NCBI GenBank assembly: GCA_965213705.1
Contig: OZ243913.1
Location: 2,400,001-2,464,000 of the forward strand
DNA length: 64,000 bases
DNA from: Trueperaceae bacterium
GTDB lineage: Bacteria > Deinococcota > Deinococci > Deinococcales > Trueperaceae
Direction: 5' to 3'
A program made the position numbers and the translations under genes. A model generated the notes under the pieces. It had not been told where the DNA came from and ran no database searches. It saw only the letters and a list, made by a program, of their open reading frames with translations. Positions 1 through 9,385 of the stretch are shown here, piece by piece (position 1 is the first letter of the stretch; each line of letters starts with the position of its first letter).

Positions 1-61
1 TGGGCATTGGCACTTATTTTTACAACGGAACGGAGTTTGCTTTGGCGCGAGAGGTAGAGGT

Positions 62-901
62 TTAATGAAATCGCGCTGCTAACTCTGCCGCGTTCTGAGA
101 CAGCGCGCGCACTGTCTCGCTCTCGACGAGGCGCGTGTCTGTTTTAGCCTCCAACCACGGCAGCACGAGTTCGGTCGGCAAGTTGCCGACGAGTTCGTCT
201 CCGGCGAACGGGCAACCGCCCACGCCCGCCAGCGCGCCCTCGAACCAGCGCAGCCCGTGGTCCAGGGCGACCTCCAACTGAGTTTTCCAAGCGTCGGGGC
301 GGGCGTGCAAGTGAAGCCCCAAAAGCTCCGGCGCGTCGGTCTCGTCTAAAACCTGCTCGAGCAGTTCAGCCGTCGCCGTGCCGACGGTATCGGCGAGAGC
401 AATGTGGGAAACGCCTAAATCCCGAAGCTTCGCGACCGCCGCCGCGGTGTCTTGGGGCTCCCAAGGTTCGCCGTAAGGGTTGCCGAAACCCATCGACAGG
501 TAAACGACCAGCTCGAGGTGTTCCGCCTCGGCCACCATCGCCTCGACCAGGGGCCAAGACGCCTCCAAACTCCGGTTCGTGTTGCGCTGCTGAAAAGTGT
601 CGTTGACCGACAGGGGATAGCCGATGCTGGTTAAGTTGGGAGCGCTCAGGGCGCGCTCGAGCCCGCGTTCGTTGGCGACGATGGCAAGCAGGTCGGCGTC
701 CACCGGCACGCTCAACCCTGCCAGCACCTGTTCCGTGTCGGCGAGTTGCGGCACCGCCTTGGGCGAGACGAACGAGCCCAGGTCGAGGTGGCGAAAACTG
801 CCGTCGAGGAGAGTCTGGACATGGTGAATCTTTTGCTCGGTGGGGATAAGCAGACTCAGTCCCTGCCAGGAGTCACGCGGACATTCGACGTACTTGAGCA
901 T
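62..901 (-). CDS. Hydroxymethylglutaryl-CoA lyase-like (DRE-TIM metallolyase) protein
   Basis: ECPRD N-terminus, LADTVG, GLHLH and GVGGCPFA...GNLPTE motifs. Start taken at ATG 901, just after a TATACT box. Confidence 0.85.
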   Translation of the reverse strand: MLKYVECPRDSWQGLSLLIPTEQKIHHVQTLLDGSFRHLDLGSFVSPKAVPQLADTEQVLAGLSVPVDADLLAIVANERGLERALSAPNLTSIGYPLSVNDTFQQRNTNRSLEASWPLVEAMVAEAEHLELVVYLSMGFGNPYGEPWEPQDTAAAVAKLRDLGVSHIALADTVGTATAELLEQVLDETDAPELLGLHLHARPDAWKTQLEVALDHGLRWFEGALAGVGGCPFAGDELVGNLPTELVLPWLEAKTDTRLVESETVRALSQNAAELAARFH

Positions 902-1125
902 GGGCGAGTATAGCGCCTCGGGCGGCGGCAGCCGTTGTGGCTCAGCCTCCTCAGCTTTTGAGGCGCTCGAGCTACCAAGGCGGTCGTTTACGGCAGGCGC
1001 GACGTCTCGCTGCTGCACACGGCTCTGCAGGCCCGGTCTCGGCGGCTGGGCGGCTCGAATTGTGTGTTTTCGCCAGGACGACAAGCTCGAGAAGCCCTAC
1101 TCTGAGAACAAATTAAAGGGGGAAC

Positions 1126-1701
1126 ATGAAAAAAGCAGCGGCACTTTTAGTAACTCTTTTGGCTCTGGGGACGTTTTGCGTCAGCCAAGCACAAGGTGAA
1201 CAGGCCACGGCGGAGCTGGTCGACGCCCAAGGCGACAGCGTCGGCACCGCAACGCTCACGCCGGTCGAAAACGGTGTTCGAATCCAAGTCGACATAAGCG
1301 GCTTTACGGCGGCGGCGGCGGGCGAGCACGGGTTTCACATCCACCAGACGGGCCAGTGTACGCCCGACTTTATGGCGGCGGGCGAGCACTTCAACCCGAC
1401 CGACGCTCAGCACGGCCTGCTGAATCCCGAGGGGCCGCACGCGGGCGACCTGCCGAACCTGCGCGTCGACGCCGACGGCAACGCGAGCTACGGCGTGACG
1501 ACCGACCTCGTGACCCTGGAGGAGGGCGAACGCTCGCTCTTCGACGCCGACGGCAGCGCGTTCATCCTGCACACCAACCCCGACGACTACGTGACCGACC
1601 CAGGCGGGACCAGCGGTGACCGCCTCGCCTGCGGCGTCATCGTGATGGGCCAAGGCGGTGCCAGCGGTGAAACTGGAGGAGCCGAGACGGGCGGGAACTG
1701 A
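1126..1701 (+). CDS. sodC: Secreted Cu/Zn superoxide dismutase family protein
   Basis: Signal peptide; HGFHIH, GEHFNP, HG, PHAGDLPN, ILH and RLACG motifs with metal ligands present. Confidence 0.88.
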   Translation: MKKAAALLVTLLALGTFCVSQAQGEQATAELVDAQGDSVGTATLTPVENGVRIQVDISGFTAAAAGEHGFHIHQTGQCTPDFMAAGEHFNPTDAQHGLLNPEGPHAGDLPNLRVDADGNASYGVTTDLVTLEEGERSLFDADGSAFILHTNPDDYVTDPGGTSGDRLACGVIVMGQGGASGETGGAETGGN

Positions 1702-1792
1702 CCCTTCTTCAGCTCGTTTCTTAAAGACTTGGCTCGAGAAAAACCAAGCGCGAATTTCGGCAAGGAACTGAAAAACCTCCAAACTTCCAGCT

Positions 1793-1821
1793 AAAGGGCG
1801 CGTCGACACGCGCCCTTTTTT
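1793..1821 (+). terminator. Intrinsic terminator after sodC
   Basis: Stem AAAGGGCGCGT/ACGCGCCCTTT followed by a T-run. Confidence 0.7.
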
Positions 1822-1939
1822 GCTTTGCGGCCGTGGACCGACATCGCCCGGCGGTGTGGCAGCGGCGCTGTTGCGTCGGACGCCCCGAGTGTTCTCCAAC
1901 CCTCGACCGCTTACCCGGCGCCCTTTTATACTGAACCGC

Positions 1940-3562
1940 GTGTTACAAGCTCTCGAGCTTACCAACTTCGCCATTGTGGACAGTTTGCGCATCGAGCTGT
2001 CGAACGGACTCAACGTGCTGACCGGCGAGACGGGCGCGGGCAAATCCATCCTTATCGACGCGTTGTCGCTGCTGATTGGCGGGCGCGGCGACAGTTCCTG
2101 GGTGCGGAGCGGGCACGACACCGCCCTCATCCAAGGCATCTTCGACCCGCACACGGGGCTGGAGTCGGCGGCGCGGCGGCTCTCGAGCGCGGGCCGCAGC
2201 ACGGCTCGGCTGGACGGCGAACTCGTCACGGTCGGCGAACTGTCCGAACGGCTGGGGCGGCTCGTGACCATCCACGGGCAACACGCCTCGCAGGTGCTGC
2301 TGAACGCGGCCGAGCAGCGGCGGCTCTTGGACCGGCTGTTGGACGACAAGGTGAAGCTGACGCTTGCCAGCTACCGCGAGCGTTACAAAGAGTGGCAGGG
2401 TGTCCAAAAAGACTTGGAGCGCCTGTGCGAAGCGACCCGCGAGCGGGCGCGGCGAATCGACATCTTGCAGTTTCAAATAGACGAAATCGACGCGGCACGC
2501 CTCAAGCCCGACGAGGTGCCGAGCTTGGAAGAAGAGGCCGAAAGCCTGCGCTTTGCCGAGCGCATCGTGTTGAGCGCGGGCGCTGCGCTGGCCGCCCTGA
2601 ACGAGGCCGAGCCGAGCGCGGTCGATTTGCTCGCGGGCGCGGTCAAGGACCTGGAGACCGCCGGACGCTATCACAAGACGCTCGCCTCACTCGCTTCGGA
2701 ACTCGCCGAAGCCTTGTCGAGCGTCGCGGCCATCGGCGACGAGGTGGGCAGCTTTTTGAGCGACTTCGAGGCCGAGCCGGGGCGCTTGGAGCAGGTCGAG
2801 GCGCGGCTCGCCTCGGTCGAAACCTTGCAGCGCAAGTACGGCGAGAGCGTCGCGGCGGTGTTGGAGTACCGCGCGCAGGCCGGAGCCGAATTGGACACCC
2901 TCGCGCACGCCGACGCGAACATCGCGGTGCTCGAGCAGCGCCAAGCCGACCTGCAAACCGACCTTGCCGGCCAGGCCGAAACCTTGAGCAAGGCGCGGCA
3001 AGCCACCGCCCAAAAACTCTCCAAAGCCGTCACCAAAGAAATTAAACCGCTCGGCATGACGAACGCAGTGTTCGAGGTCGAGGTGGCGCGCACGCCGATT
3101 CTCACCGCCTACGGGCAAGACGACGTCACGTTCTTGTTTACCGCGAACCTGGGCGAGCCGCCCGCGCCGCTCTCAGGCGTCGCCTCGGGCGGAGAACTCT
3201 CGCGGGTGATGCTCGGCCTGAACGTGGTGACGGGTTCGGACTTGCCGGTTTTGGCCTTCGACGAGGTCGATGCCGGAATAGGCGGCAAAACGGCTCGAGC
3301 GGTGGGCGCGCTGCTCAAGGAACTCGCCCAACATCACCAAATCCTCGTCGTGACGCACCTGCCGCAGGTCGCCGCCTTCGCCGACGCCCAGTTCTACGTT
3401 GAAAAACAAGAGGTCGGGGGCCGCACCGTCACGCGGGTGGCGCGTCTGGAGCCCCTGGAACGCGAACTGGAACTCGCCCGGATGCTCTCGGGCAGCACCA
3501 CCGACGCGGCTATCGCCAACGCGAGGGAGTTGCTGAGCGAGTCTCAGTCAGCCAGCCCGTAG
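1940..3562 (+). CDS. recN: DNA repair protein RecN
   Basis: LTGETGAGKS Walker A, ASGGELSR signature, FDEVDAGIGG and VTHLPQVAA. GTG start just after TATACT. Confidence 0.95.
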   Translation: MLQALELTNFAIVDSLRIELSNGLNVLTGETGAGKSILIDALSLLIGGRGDSSWVRSGHDTALIQGIFDPHTGLESAARRLSSAGRSTARLDGELVTVGELSERLGRLVTIHGQHASQVLLNAAEQRRLLDRLLDDKVKLTLASYRERYKEWQGVQKDLERLCEATRERARRIDILQFQIDEIDAARLKPDEVPSLEEEAESLRFAERIVLSAGAALAALNEAEPSAVDLLAGAVKDLETAGRYHKTLASLASELAEALSSVAAIGDEVGSFLSDFEAEPGRLEQVEARLASVETLQRKYGESVAAVLEYRAQAGAELDTLAHADANIAVLEQRQADLQTDLAGQAETLSKARQATAQKLSKAVTKEIKPLGMTNAVFEVEVARTPILTAYGQDDVTFLFTANLGEPPAPLSGVASGGELSRVMLGLNVVTGSDLPVLAFDEVDAGIGGKTARAVGALLKELAQHHQILVVTHLPQVAAFADAQFYVEKQEVGGRTVTRVARLEPLERELELARMLSGSTTDAAIANARELLSESQSASP

Positions 3563-3606
3563 CGAGCGGCTTGGTAGAGACCCAATTGCTGCGGGCTACA
3601 AACTTT

Positions 3607-4488
3607 TTACCGGCTTGCCTCCGCGCCGACCTCGCCGCAGGCGACGATAGTGTTCAGCGCTTCGGGCGAGAGGTGAATGTTGATGTAATGATTGCCCTCG
3701 ACGACAGCGTCGAACGAGGCGTCGCTGTAGGTAACGCTCGAGCCGTCGGCACCGGTTACGCTTTCGAGGGGAACCACAATCTCGCCGCCCCCGCCGCAGT
3801 TGCCGGCGTGGAAGTGGGCGGGGTGAACGCCGCTTGCGCGCGTGCCTTCTAAAGAAATTGTGTTACGCGTGCCGCCGCCCTCTTCCGCCGCGCGTTCGGT
3901 GACCTGCACCGTGCCGGTGACGCCGCTGCCGTTCACCGCGTAAATTTGGTAACTCCGCGTGCGGAGCGTGGCGAACTCTTCGGGCAACGTCTCGCTCTCG
4001 TCAACGCCCAAAACGATGCCGGGAAAAGGGGCCGGGTCCGACACGACCGCGTCGCCCGCCAGCGCCGTCGCTCCCGCACCGACCTCGCCGCTGGCGACAA
4101 TCGTAGCCAGGTCGTCCGGGGACGCGTGGAGGTTGATGTAATGGTCCTGTTCGACAATCGTGTCATAAGGCGTGTCGGTCACGGTGATGCTGAGCCCGTT
4201 CGCGCCGTCCACGCTCTCGAGCGGCACCACTACCGGGCCGCCGCTGCCCACGTCGCCCGCGTGAAAGTGCGCCGGATGCACACCGCCGGCTTGCGTGCCT
4301 TTGACCGAAATCACCACAACCGTCTCGCTGCCGTAGTCCAAAACGAGCACCGACCCGCTCACGCCGCTGTTCTCAACGGGCATGATTTCGTAGCGGACGC
4401 TCCTCTCGGCGCTGCTCTGGTACGTTTGCGCTGCAGCGAGCGAACCACAAAAGGTGATGAGCATCGTCAGATAAAAAAGTCGTTTCAT
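3607..4488 (-). CDS. Secreted protein with two tandem CHRD/SOD-like His-rich domains
   Basis: Signal peptide; repeated SGV.G...HPAHFHAG...VVPLESV.G...HYIN(L/I)H...VA(S/C)GEV unit. Confidence 0.7.
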   Translation of the reverse strand: MKRLFYLTMLITFCGSLAAAQTYQSSAERSVRYEIMPVENSGVSGSVLVLDYGSETVVVISVKGTQAGGVHPAHFHAGDVGSGGPVVVPLESVDGANGLSITVTDTPYDTIVEQDHYINLHASPDDLATIVASGEVGAGATALAGDAVVSDPAPFPGIVLGVDESETLPEEFATLRTRSYQIYAVNGSGVTGTVQVTERAAEEGGGTRNTISLEGTRASGVHPAHFHAGNCGGGGEIVVPLESVTGADGSSVTYSDASFDAVVEGNHYINIHLSPEALNTIVACGEVGAEASR

Positions 4489-4539
4489 GTTTGCTCCTCT
4501 CGGGGTCGTCATGTTCGAGCTGCTCAGGGCCAGAACACG

Positions 4540-4764
4540 TCACCGAAGAATACCCGTATCGCCGGAGAAAAGAATGCAGTAATTCACAGCGAAAGAGGTC
4601 GCGCCCTCCTGCAGTCCCCGCCGTAACCTGAAGAGGCGGCTTGGAGGTGCAACCCCGGCAGCTATAAAGTTGCGGGCCTTATGAATCAGGCAGTATTCGC
4701 AAAGCTCTTTCGCTCGTTCACGAATGCGTTGAGGCAGGTCGGCAGAAACGTAGGCTCTACTCAT
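4540..4764 (-). pseudogene. Internally deleted HNH endonuclease gene
   Basis: Typical N-terminus (RERAKELCEYCLIH), but the DH...N...C..CN core is missing. Confidence 0.55.
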
Positions 4765-4992
4765 TCATTAGTCGACGTGCGTGCTTTGGCAACGCGCATC
4801 AGGTGTTCTAACTGCAAATAGTGCCCTAATTCTGAGCGTTCTTCTTTTGAGAGAGCCGAGGTTTGCTCGAGGTCTGTCAACTCGGCGACACGCGCCTTTG
4901 CCTTCGGAAGGGCGCAAGGCTGCGATGCTTTCAGGGTTCATACCCTCGGTGATGAAGTCGGTAATCTTTTGATAAGCGCGTGCGACAGCCAT
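4761..4992 (-). pseudogene. Frameshifted small protein of the type found upstream of HNH genes
   Basis: MAVARAYQKITDFI...RPSE continues in another frame as AKARVAEL...LGHYLQLEHLMRVAKAR. The corrected stop overlaps the HNH ATG (ATGA). Confidence 0.55.
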
Positions 4993-5193
4993 GAGGTTAG
5001 TTTGCTACAGTAATGTAGCGGTGGCTTGCAACGGTTGTCATGTTTTAGGACACATGAGTTTTGATGGGCTCGAGCTTGGCGCAGTCCAGCAGTAAGTACG
5101 CCGAGACTGCCTTGCGAACGTGTTACAGTGAAACCTGGTTGTGGGCGTCCATAAGCGTAAGTCCTACTTTTTAAAGTCCGAACTGGTGAACAA

Positions 5194-5556
5194 ATGCAAC
5201 TGAACCTTTTCGAAGTAAATGGGCACAAAATTGTGGAAGTCGAATCTGAACGTGTGGTTATCAAGGACACGCGAGACGCCCTGGACCTGATGGCGGATGC
5301 ACAGTACAAGGATGCCACAAGCATTCTTCTGTACGAAAAAAATTTGAAGCCGGACTTTTTCGATTTGAAAACTGGAATGGCCGGAGAAATCTTGCAGAAG
5401 TATACAAACTATCGTATGAGGCTTGCTATCGTCGGAGAATTTGAGAAGTTCGAGAGTAGAAGTCTGCAGGCGTTTATCATTGAGAGCAACCGAGGGAAGA
5501 TGATTGCTTTTGTGCCTGATAGAGAAACGGCAATAGCCAAGCTAATAAACTGGTAA
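5194..5556 (+). CDS. DUF4180 domain-containing protein
   Basis: DFFDLKTGMAGEILQKY.NYR...AIVG.F...SL.AFI.ESN.G pattern; lower GC than neighbours. Confidence 0.85.
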   Translation: MQLNLFEVNGHKIVEVESERVVIKDTRDALDLMADAQYKDATSILLYEKNLKPDFFDLKTGMAGEILQKYTNYRMRLAIVGEFEKFESRSLQAFIIESNRGKMIAFVPDRETAIAKLINW

Positions 5557-5625
5557 AAACTGTATTCTAAAAGCTTTAGGACTTGACAGCTTCACCCCCA
5601 TTGGTTTTCACAGCAAAAGCTTCAC

Positions 5626-6708
5626 CTAGCTTGCCCCTACTGCGGTGGGTAATATTTGGATGACCGCCTCCGTAAACGCCGCCGTCCCCCTCGAGCCCCC
5701 CAAATCCTTCGTCGGGTCTTCAAACAGGGCCGCCTGCACCGCCGTTTCGATGGCGCTCGCCGCCTCGTTTTCCTGCAAACCGTAGCGCAGCATCAGCGCC
5801 GCCGAGAGCATCGTGCCGACCGGGTTGGCGATTCCTTTTCCGGCGATGTCCGGGGCCGAGCCGTGAACGGCCTCGAATAAGCCGACCGTGCCGCCCAAAC
5901 TTGCCGAAGGCAGCAAACCCAGCGAGCCGGGAATCACCGCGGCGAGGTCGCTCAGGATGTCGCCGAACAGGTTGCCCGTCACGACCGTGTCGAACTGTTT
6001 GGGGTCCCTTACGATTTGCATGGCGGCGTTGTCCACATAGAGATGGTCCAAGCTCACGTCTTTGAACTCGGATTCGTGAACGCCGACGACCACGTCGCGC
6101 CAGAACTGCGACACGTCGAGCACGTTGGCCTTGTCTACGTTCGTAACCTTGCCGCCGCGCTGTTTGGCTGTTTCGAAAGCGGTACGGGTGATGCGCTCAA
6201 CTTCAAAACGTTCGTAGACCATCGTGCTAAGGCCCTTGTCTTGTTCGACAAACGACGGCTTGCCGAAGTAGATGCCGCCGGTGAGTTCGCGGAGGATGAG
6301 GAGGTCGGTACCTTTGGCAACCTCGCTTTTGAGGGGGGAGAGGTGCTCGAGCCCGCCAAACACCTTCACCGGGCGCAGGTTCGCGTACAGCCCTAAGTGC
6401 TTGCGGATGCCCAAAATTCCCGACTCGACACGCTTTTCGCGCGGTACTTTATTCCAAGGGTGGTCGCCGACGGGTCCGCCCGCCGAGCCCATCAGGACGG
6501 CGTCGCTCCCCGCGCAGACCTCTTTCGTCTCCTCGGGTAACGGGTGGCCGTGGCTCTCGAGCGCGCCCCCGCCGAAGGGGAGACGGCGGTACTCGAGCTT
6601 GAACCCATAATTTTCCGCAACTACGTCCAAGACGTCTATGGACGCGTCGACAACCTCCGGCCCGATGAAGTCGCCGGGCAAAACGGCGATGTTGTAGGTT
6701 TTAGTCAT
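5626..6708 (-). CDS. leuB: 3-isopropylmalate dehydrogenase
   Basis: GD.IGPEV, LYANLRP, RELTGGIYFG, NLFGDILSD and HGSAPDIAG motifs. Confidence 0.96.
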   Translation of the reverse strand: MTKTYNIAVLPGDFIGPEVVDASIDVLDVVAENYGFKLEYRRLPFGGGALESHGHPLPEETKEVCAGSDAVLMGSAGGPVGDHPWNKVPREKRVESGILGIRKHLGLYANLRPVKVFGGLEHLSPLKSEVAKGTDLLILRELTGGIYFGKPSFVEQDKGLSTMVYERFEVERITRTAFETAKQRGGKVTNVDKANVLDVSQFWRDVVVGVHESEFKDVSLDHLYVDNAAMQIVRDPKQFDTVVTGNLFGDILSDLAAVIPGSLGLLPSASLGGTVGLFEAVHGSAPDIAGKGIANPVGTMLSAALMLRYGLQENEAASAIETAVQAALFEDPTKDLGGSRGTAAFTEAVIQILPTAVGAS

Positions 6709-7480
6709 GATTTTCTCCTTCCGGTTTGATAGCTAAGATAAGCGCCATCGGCATGTCGAACGTGACGGCCTCGCCTTGTTCGTAAACGATGTTAAAGGTG
6801 TCTCGAGCCGCGCCGCCGGCCTCACGGAACAGATTGCGAACTTCCTCGGCTTGCTCAGGACTTGGGTTCATGCGCGTTATCCAGCTTTCGACCTCGAGCG
6901 TGTAAACCGTCTCCGCATCGCCCACGATCCACTTCAAGCCTGCTTCTTTTATAAAAGCCCGCCACTCGCTTATGAAGTAAGCGCGTTCGTGGGTGGGGTC
7001 GCGGGTTGTCTCGAGCGCGTGATACCAGGCTTCGACCTCCGCGCTCGGCGTAATTTCGTCGACGATGACGAGCCGGCCGCCCCTTTTGAGAACGCGCTTC
7101 AACTCGGCCAGAGTATTCGGCATACTCGGATGGTGGTGGAGCGTGTGGCGGGCGGTGACGAGGTCGAAGGTGTCGTCGGGAAAGCCCGTCACTTCGCTGG
7201 TGCCGTGGACGAACTCGAGGTTCGCTAAGTCTCCGTAAGTGCCCTGCGCCGCCCGCCGCATTCCCTCGGCGGGGTCGAGGCCGTAGACTTTTTGAGCGTG
7301 ACGAGCGAGTTGTGCGGCGGTGTGGCCGGTTCCGGTGCCGACGTCCAAACAAACGTCGGTTTTGATAGGGCGGGCCAGCTCGAGCAGTTTCGGCAAGGAT
7401 GGGCCGAACTTGTGGGGCGCGCTCGCAGCGTAGTTCGCGCCGAGTTTCGACCAGGCGGCGGCGACCTGTTGAACGCTCAC
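6701..7480 (-). CDS. Class I SAM-dependent methyltransferase
   Basis: LDVGTGTG motif I, FPDDTFDLV and VLKRGG; overlaps the leuB start. Confidence 0.88.
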   Translation of the reverse strand: MSVQQVAAAWSKLGANYAASAPHKFGPSLPKLLELARPIKTDVCLDVGTGTGHTAAQLARHAQKVYGLDPAEGMRRAAQGTYGDLANLEFVHGTSEVTGFPDDTFDLVTARHTLHHHPSMPNTLAELKRVLKRGGRLVIVDEITPSAEVEAWYHALETTRDPTHERAYFISEWRAFIKEAGLKWIVGDAETVYTLEVESWITRMNPSPEQAEEVRNLFREAGGAARDTFNIVYEQGEAVTFDMPMALILAIKPEGENHD

Positions 7481-7501
7481 GCTCTTCTTTCCGGGATTGT
7501 T

Positions 7502-7714
7502 TTACAGAGAGTCATGGGGGTGGGCAAGCTCGAGAAAAGCCTCAGCGTCTTCACGCTTTACGGAGGGGAAGTTCTCTAAAAACACAGCCACGCTGTAGCC
7601 GTCGTTAAGATAGTCGAGCAGGGTTTGGGCGGGTACGCGCGTGCCGTGAAAAACGAGCGTGCCGCCCAGGACGTCCGGGTCGGAGTGAACGGGGCTGCGT
7701 TTCAAGGTAATCAT
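7502..7714 (-). CDS. DUF433 domain protein (antitoxin-like)
   Basis: DPDVLGG..VF.GTRVP...LLDYL..G.S...FLENFPSV pattern. Confidence 0.85.
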   Translation of the reverse strand: MITLKRSPVHSDPDVLGGTLVFHGTRVPAQTLLDYLNDGYSVAVFLENFPSVKREDAEAFLELAHPHDSL

Positions 7715-7751
7715 AGTTGTCAGTCTAGCGCTTTCTCACGAAGAGCCTAAG

Positions 7752-8303
7752 CTAACGTTCCCGCTCGAGAATCTGCGTCGGCTTGCCGTCCAAGCTCGTT
7801 TGATTCTTCTCCTGCCAATAGTCCCGAATACCCGCCTCGCCCTTGCGCTCGGCCCAGTCGGGCATGTTCGGGCGCTCGCCCGCGTAGTCGAAGAACGGCA
7901 CCCCGAAGCCGCACGAGGTTTGCACCAGATTTATGTGGAGTTTGAAGAGTTGTCTCGAGCCCTTCAATGGCGGAAAAAGGCCGATGAACTCGTCCCAAGC
8001 CGCGTCCCTCGGATGATAAACTTCCGCTGTTCCGTAGAGACGCAGAATCATCGGGTTGCCCTCGAACGCGCAGAACATCAGCGTCATGCGGTTGTTCTCT
8101 AAAAGGTGCGCCGCCGTTTCGTTGCCGCTGCCCGTGCCGTTGAGCCAAATCACGGTGTTCTCGCCCAGCACGCGGAGCGAGTCCAGACCTTTGGGCGAGA
8201 CGTTCACTCGCCCGTCGCAGTCTGCGGTGGCGACGAAGAAAAGTTTCTGCGCCTCGATGAAGCTTTGCAAATGTGAACCCAGGGCGGCGTACTGTTTGCC
8301 CAT
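7752..8303 (-). CDS. Pyridoxamine 5'-phosphate oxidase family FMN-binding protein
   Basis: FFVATA, VNVSPKG, TGSGNETAAH, FCAF.G.P.ILRLYG and SCGFGVP motifs. Confidence 0.88.
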   Translation of the reverse strand: MGKQYAALGSHLQSFIEAQKLFFVATADCDGRVNVSPKGLDSLRVLGENTVIWLNGTGSGNETAAHLLENNRMTLMFCAFEGNPMILRLYGTAEVYHPRDAAWDEFIGLFPPLKGSRQLFKLHINLVQTSCGFGVPFFDYAGERPNMPDWAERKGEAGIRDYWQEKNQTSLDGKPTQILERER

Positions 8304-8306
8304 CGC

Positions 8307-8909
8307 CTAGCTCGCCAGGTACGGGAGGCGCTGGGCGGTTTCGGTGATGTTTCGGTCGGCCTCGAGCAACTCCGCAATCGGGTCCCACTGGCCCCTGACG
8401 AGGGCGTCTTTGGCAGTAGCGCGCACGGTGACTTCCAGCGTTTTATCGGCAAAGGTAATGCGTTCGTTTTCCAAGTCGATAACAATTTCGGTGTCGGGTT
8501 TTTGCTCCAGGGTGCCCGCGATGAGTTCGATTTGCTCGGGTGTCGCCTCGATGCAGGGCATCCCCAGCGTGGTGCTGTTGCCGAAGAAAATCTCGGCGAA
8601 ACTCTCGGCGATGACCGCCCGCACGCCGTAGCGGTAAATCGCCTGGGGCGCGTGTTCTCGAGACGAGCCGCAGCCGAAGTTGCTGTCGCTGACGATGATG
8701 GTCGCCTCGGTAAAACGCGGGTCGTTGAGCGGGTGCTGTTTTTCCGAGCCATCTTCAAAAAAACGCGCGTCGTGGAACAGGTACTCGCCGAGTCCGTCGA
8801 AGGTCACGCACTTCATAAAACGCGCGGGAATGATGCGGTCGGTGTCGATGTCGTCGCCGGGGATGTAGACGCCCCGGCCGCTGAGGTGGGTGATTTTGTT
8901 GAGGGCCAT
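8307..8909 (-). CDS. leuD: 3-isopropylmalate dehydratase small subunit
   Basis: DIDTDRIIPARF, NFGCGSSREHA and SFAEIF motifs. Confidence 0.96.
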   Translation of the reverse strand: MALNKITHLSGRGVYIPGDDIDTDRIIPARFMKCVTFDGLGEYLFHDARFFEDGSEKQHPLNDPRFTEATIIVSDSNFGCGSSREHAPQAIYRYGVRAVIAESFAEIFFGNSTTLGMPCIEATPEQIELIAGTLEQKPDTEIVIDLENERITFADKTLEVTVRATAKDALVRGQWDPIAELLEADRNITETAQRLPYLAS

Positions 8910-8921
8910 GTGGACTCCTTA

Positions 8922-8958
8922 GAAGTACCGAGTACCTAGTAGAAAGTACCGAGTTTGA
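8922..8958. repeat. Left heptamer array of the four-helix-bundle cassette
   Basis: AGTACCG AGTACCT AGTAGAA AGTACCG AGTTTGA; 8922-8941 is the exact reverse complement of 9366-9385. Confidence 0.85.
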
Positions 8959-8963
8959 AGGAC

Positions 8964-9341
8964 TTAGGGGTTGTCGGATGGCTGGATGGAAGTTTTGAGG
9001 CCACCGAGAATTCGGGCGACTTCTTCGGTTTGATAGAAAGTGCTCTGGAAAGATGGTTTATCCAGGTAACCTATGTCGTGAGCGATGTACAGTTGAGAGC
9101 GAAGTTCGGCGCACGACGCCTTGGCAATGGTGACGAAGCGCTTGAACTCGGCTTGGCTGCCGCGCTCGAAGCCCTCGGCGATATTCGACATGATGGATAC
9201 GGCGGCGCGTTGCATCTGGTTTGTCAAACCAAAGTCCTTAGCGAACGCCTCCCGACGGGTAAGCGTATAGACAGTTCCAGCCAGCACCCTAGCCTTCTGC
9301 CATGCAATCAAATCTTCAAACCTCGTTATTTTCCTAGACAT
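8964..9341 (-). CDS. Four helix bundle protein (23S rRNA intervening-sequence protein family)
   Basis: FEDL.AWQKA, DFGL..QMQRAAVSI.SNIAEG.ER and AKASCAELRSQL motifs. Confidence 0.92.
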   Translation of the reverse strand: MSRKITRFEDLIAWQKARVLAGTVYTLTRREAFAKDFGLTNQMQRAAVSIMSNIAEGFERGSQAEFKRFVTIAKASCAELRSQLYIAHDIGYLDKPSFQSTFYQTEEVARILGGLKTSIQPSDNP

Positions 9342-9351
9342 TCCGCCTCAA

Positions 9352-9385
9352 CACTTTCAACTCGGTACTAGGTACTCGGTACTTC
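9352..9385. repeat. Right (inverted) heptamer array of the cassette, overlapping the leuC stop
   Basis: CACTTTCAACTCGGTACTAGGTACTCGGTACTTC; encodes the terminal EVPST* of LeuC. Confidence 0.85.

Noticed and set aside
8964..9341. Diversity-generating retroelement (Avd-like protein)
   Set aside because: No reverse transcriptase and no template/variable repeat pair with adenine-specific differences seen in the window.
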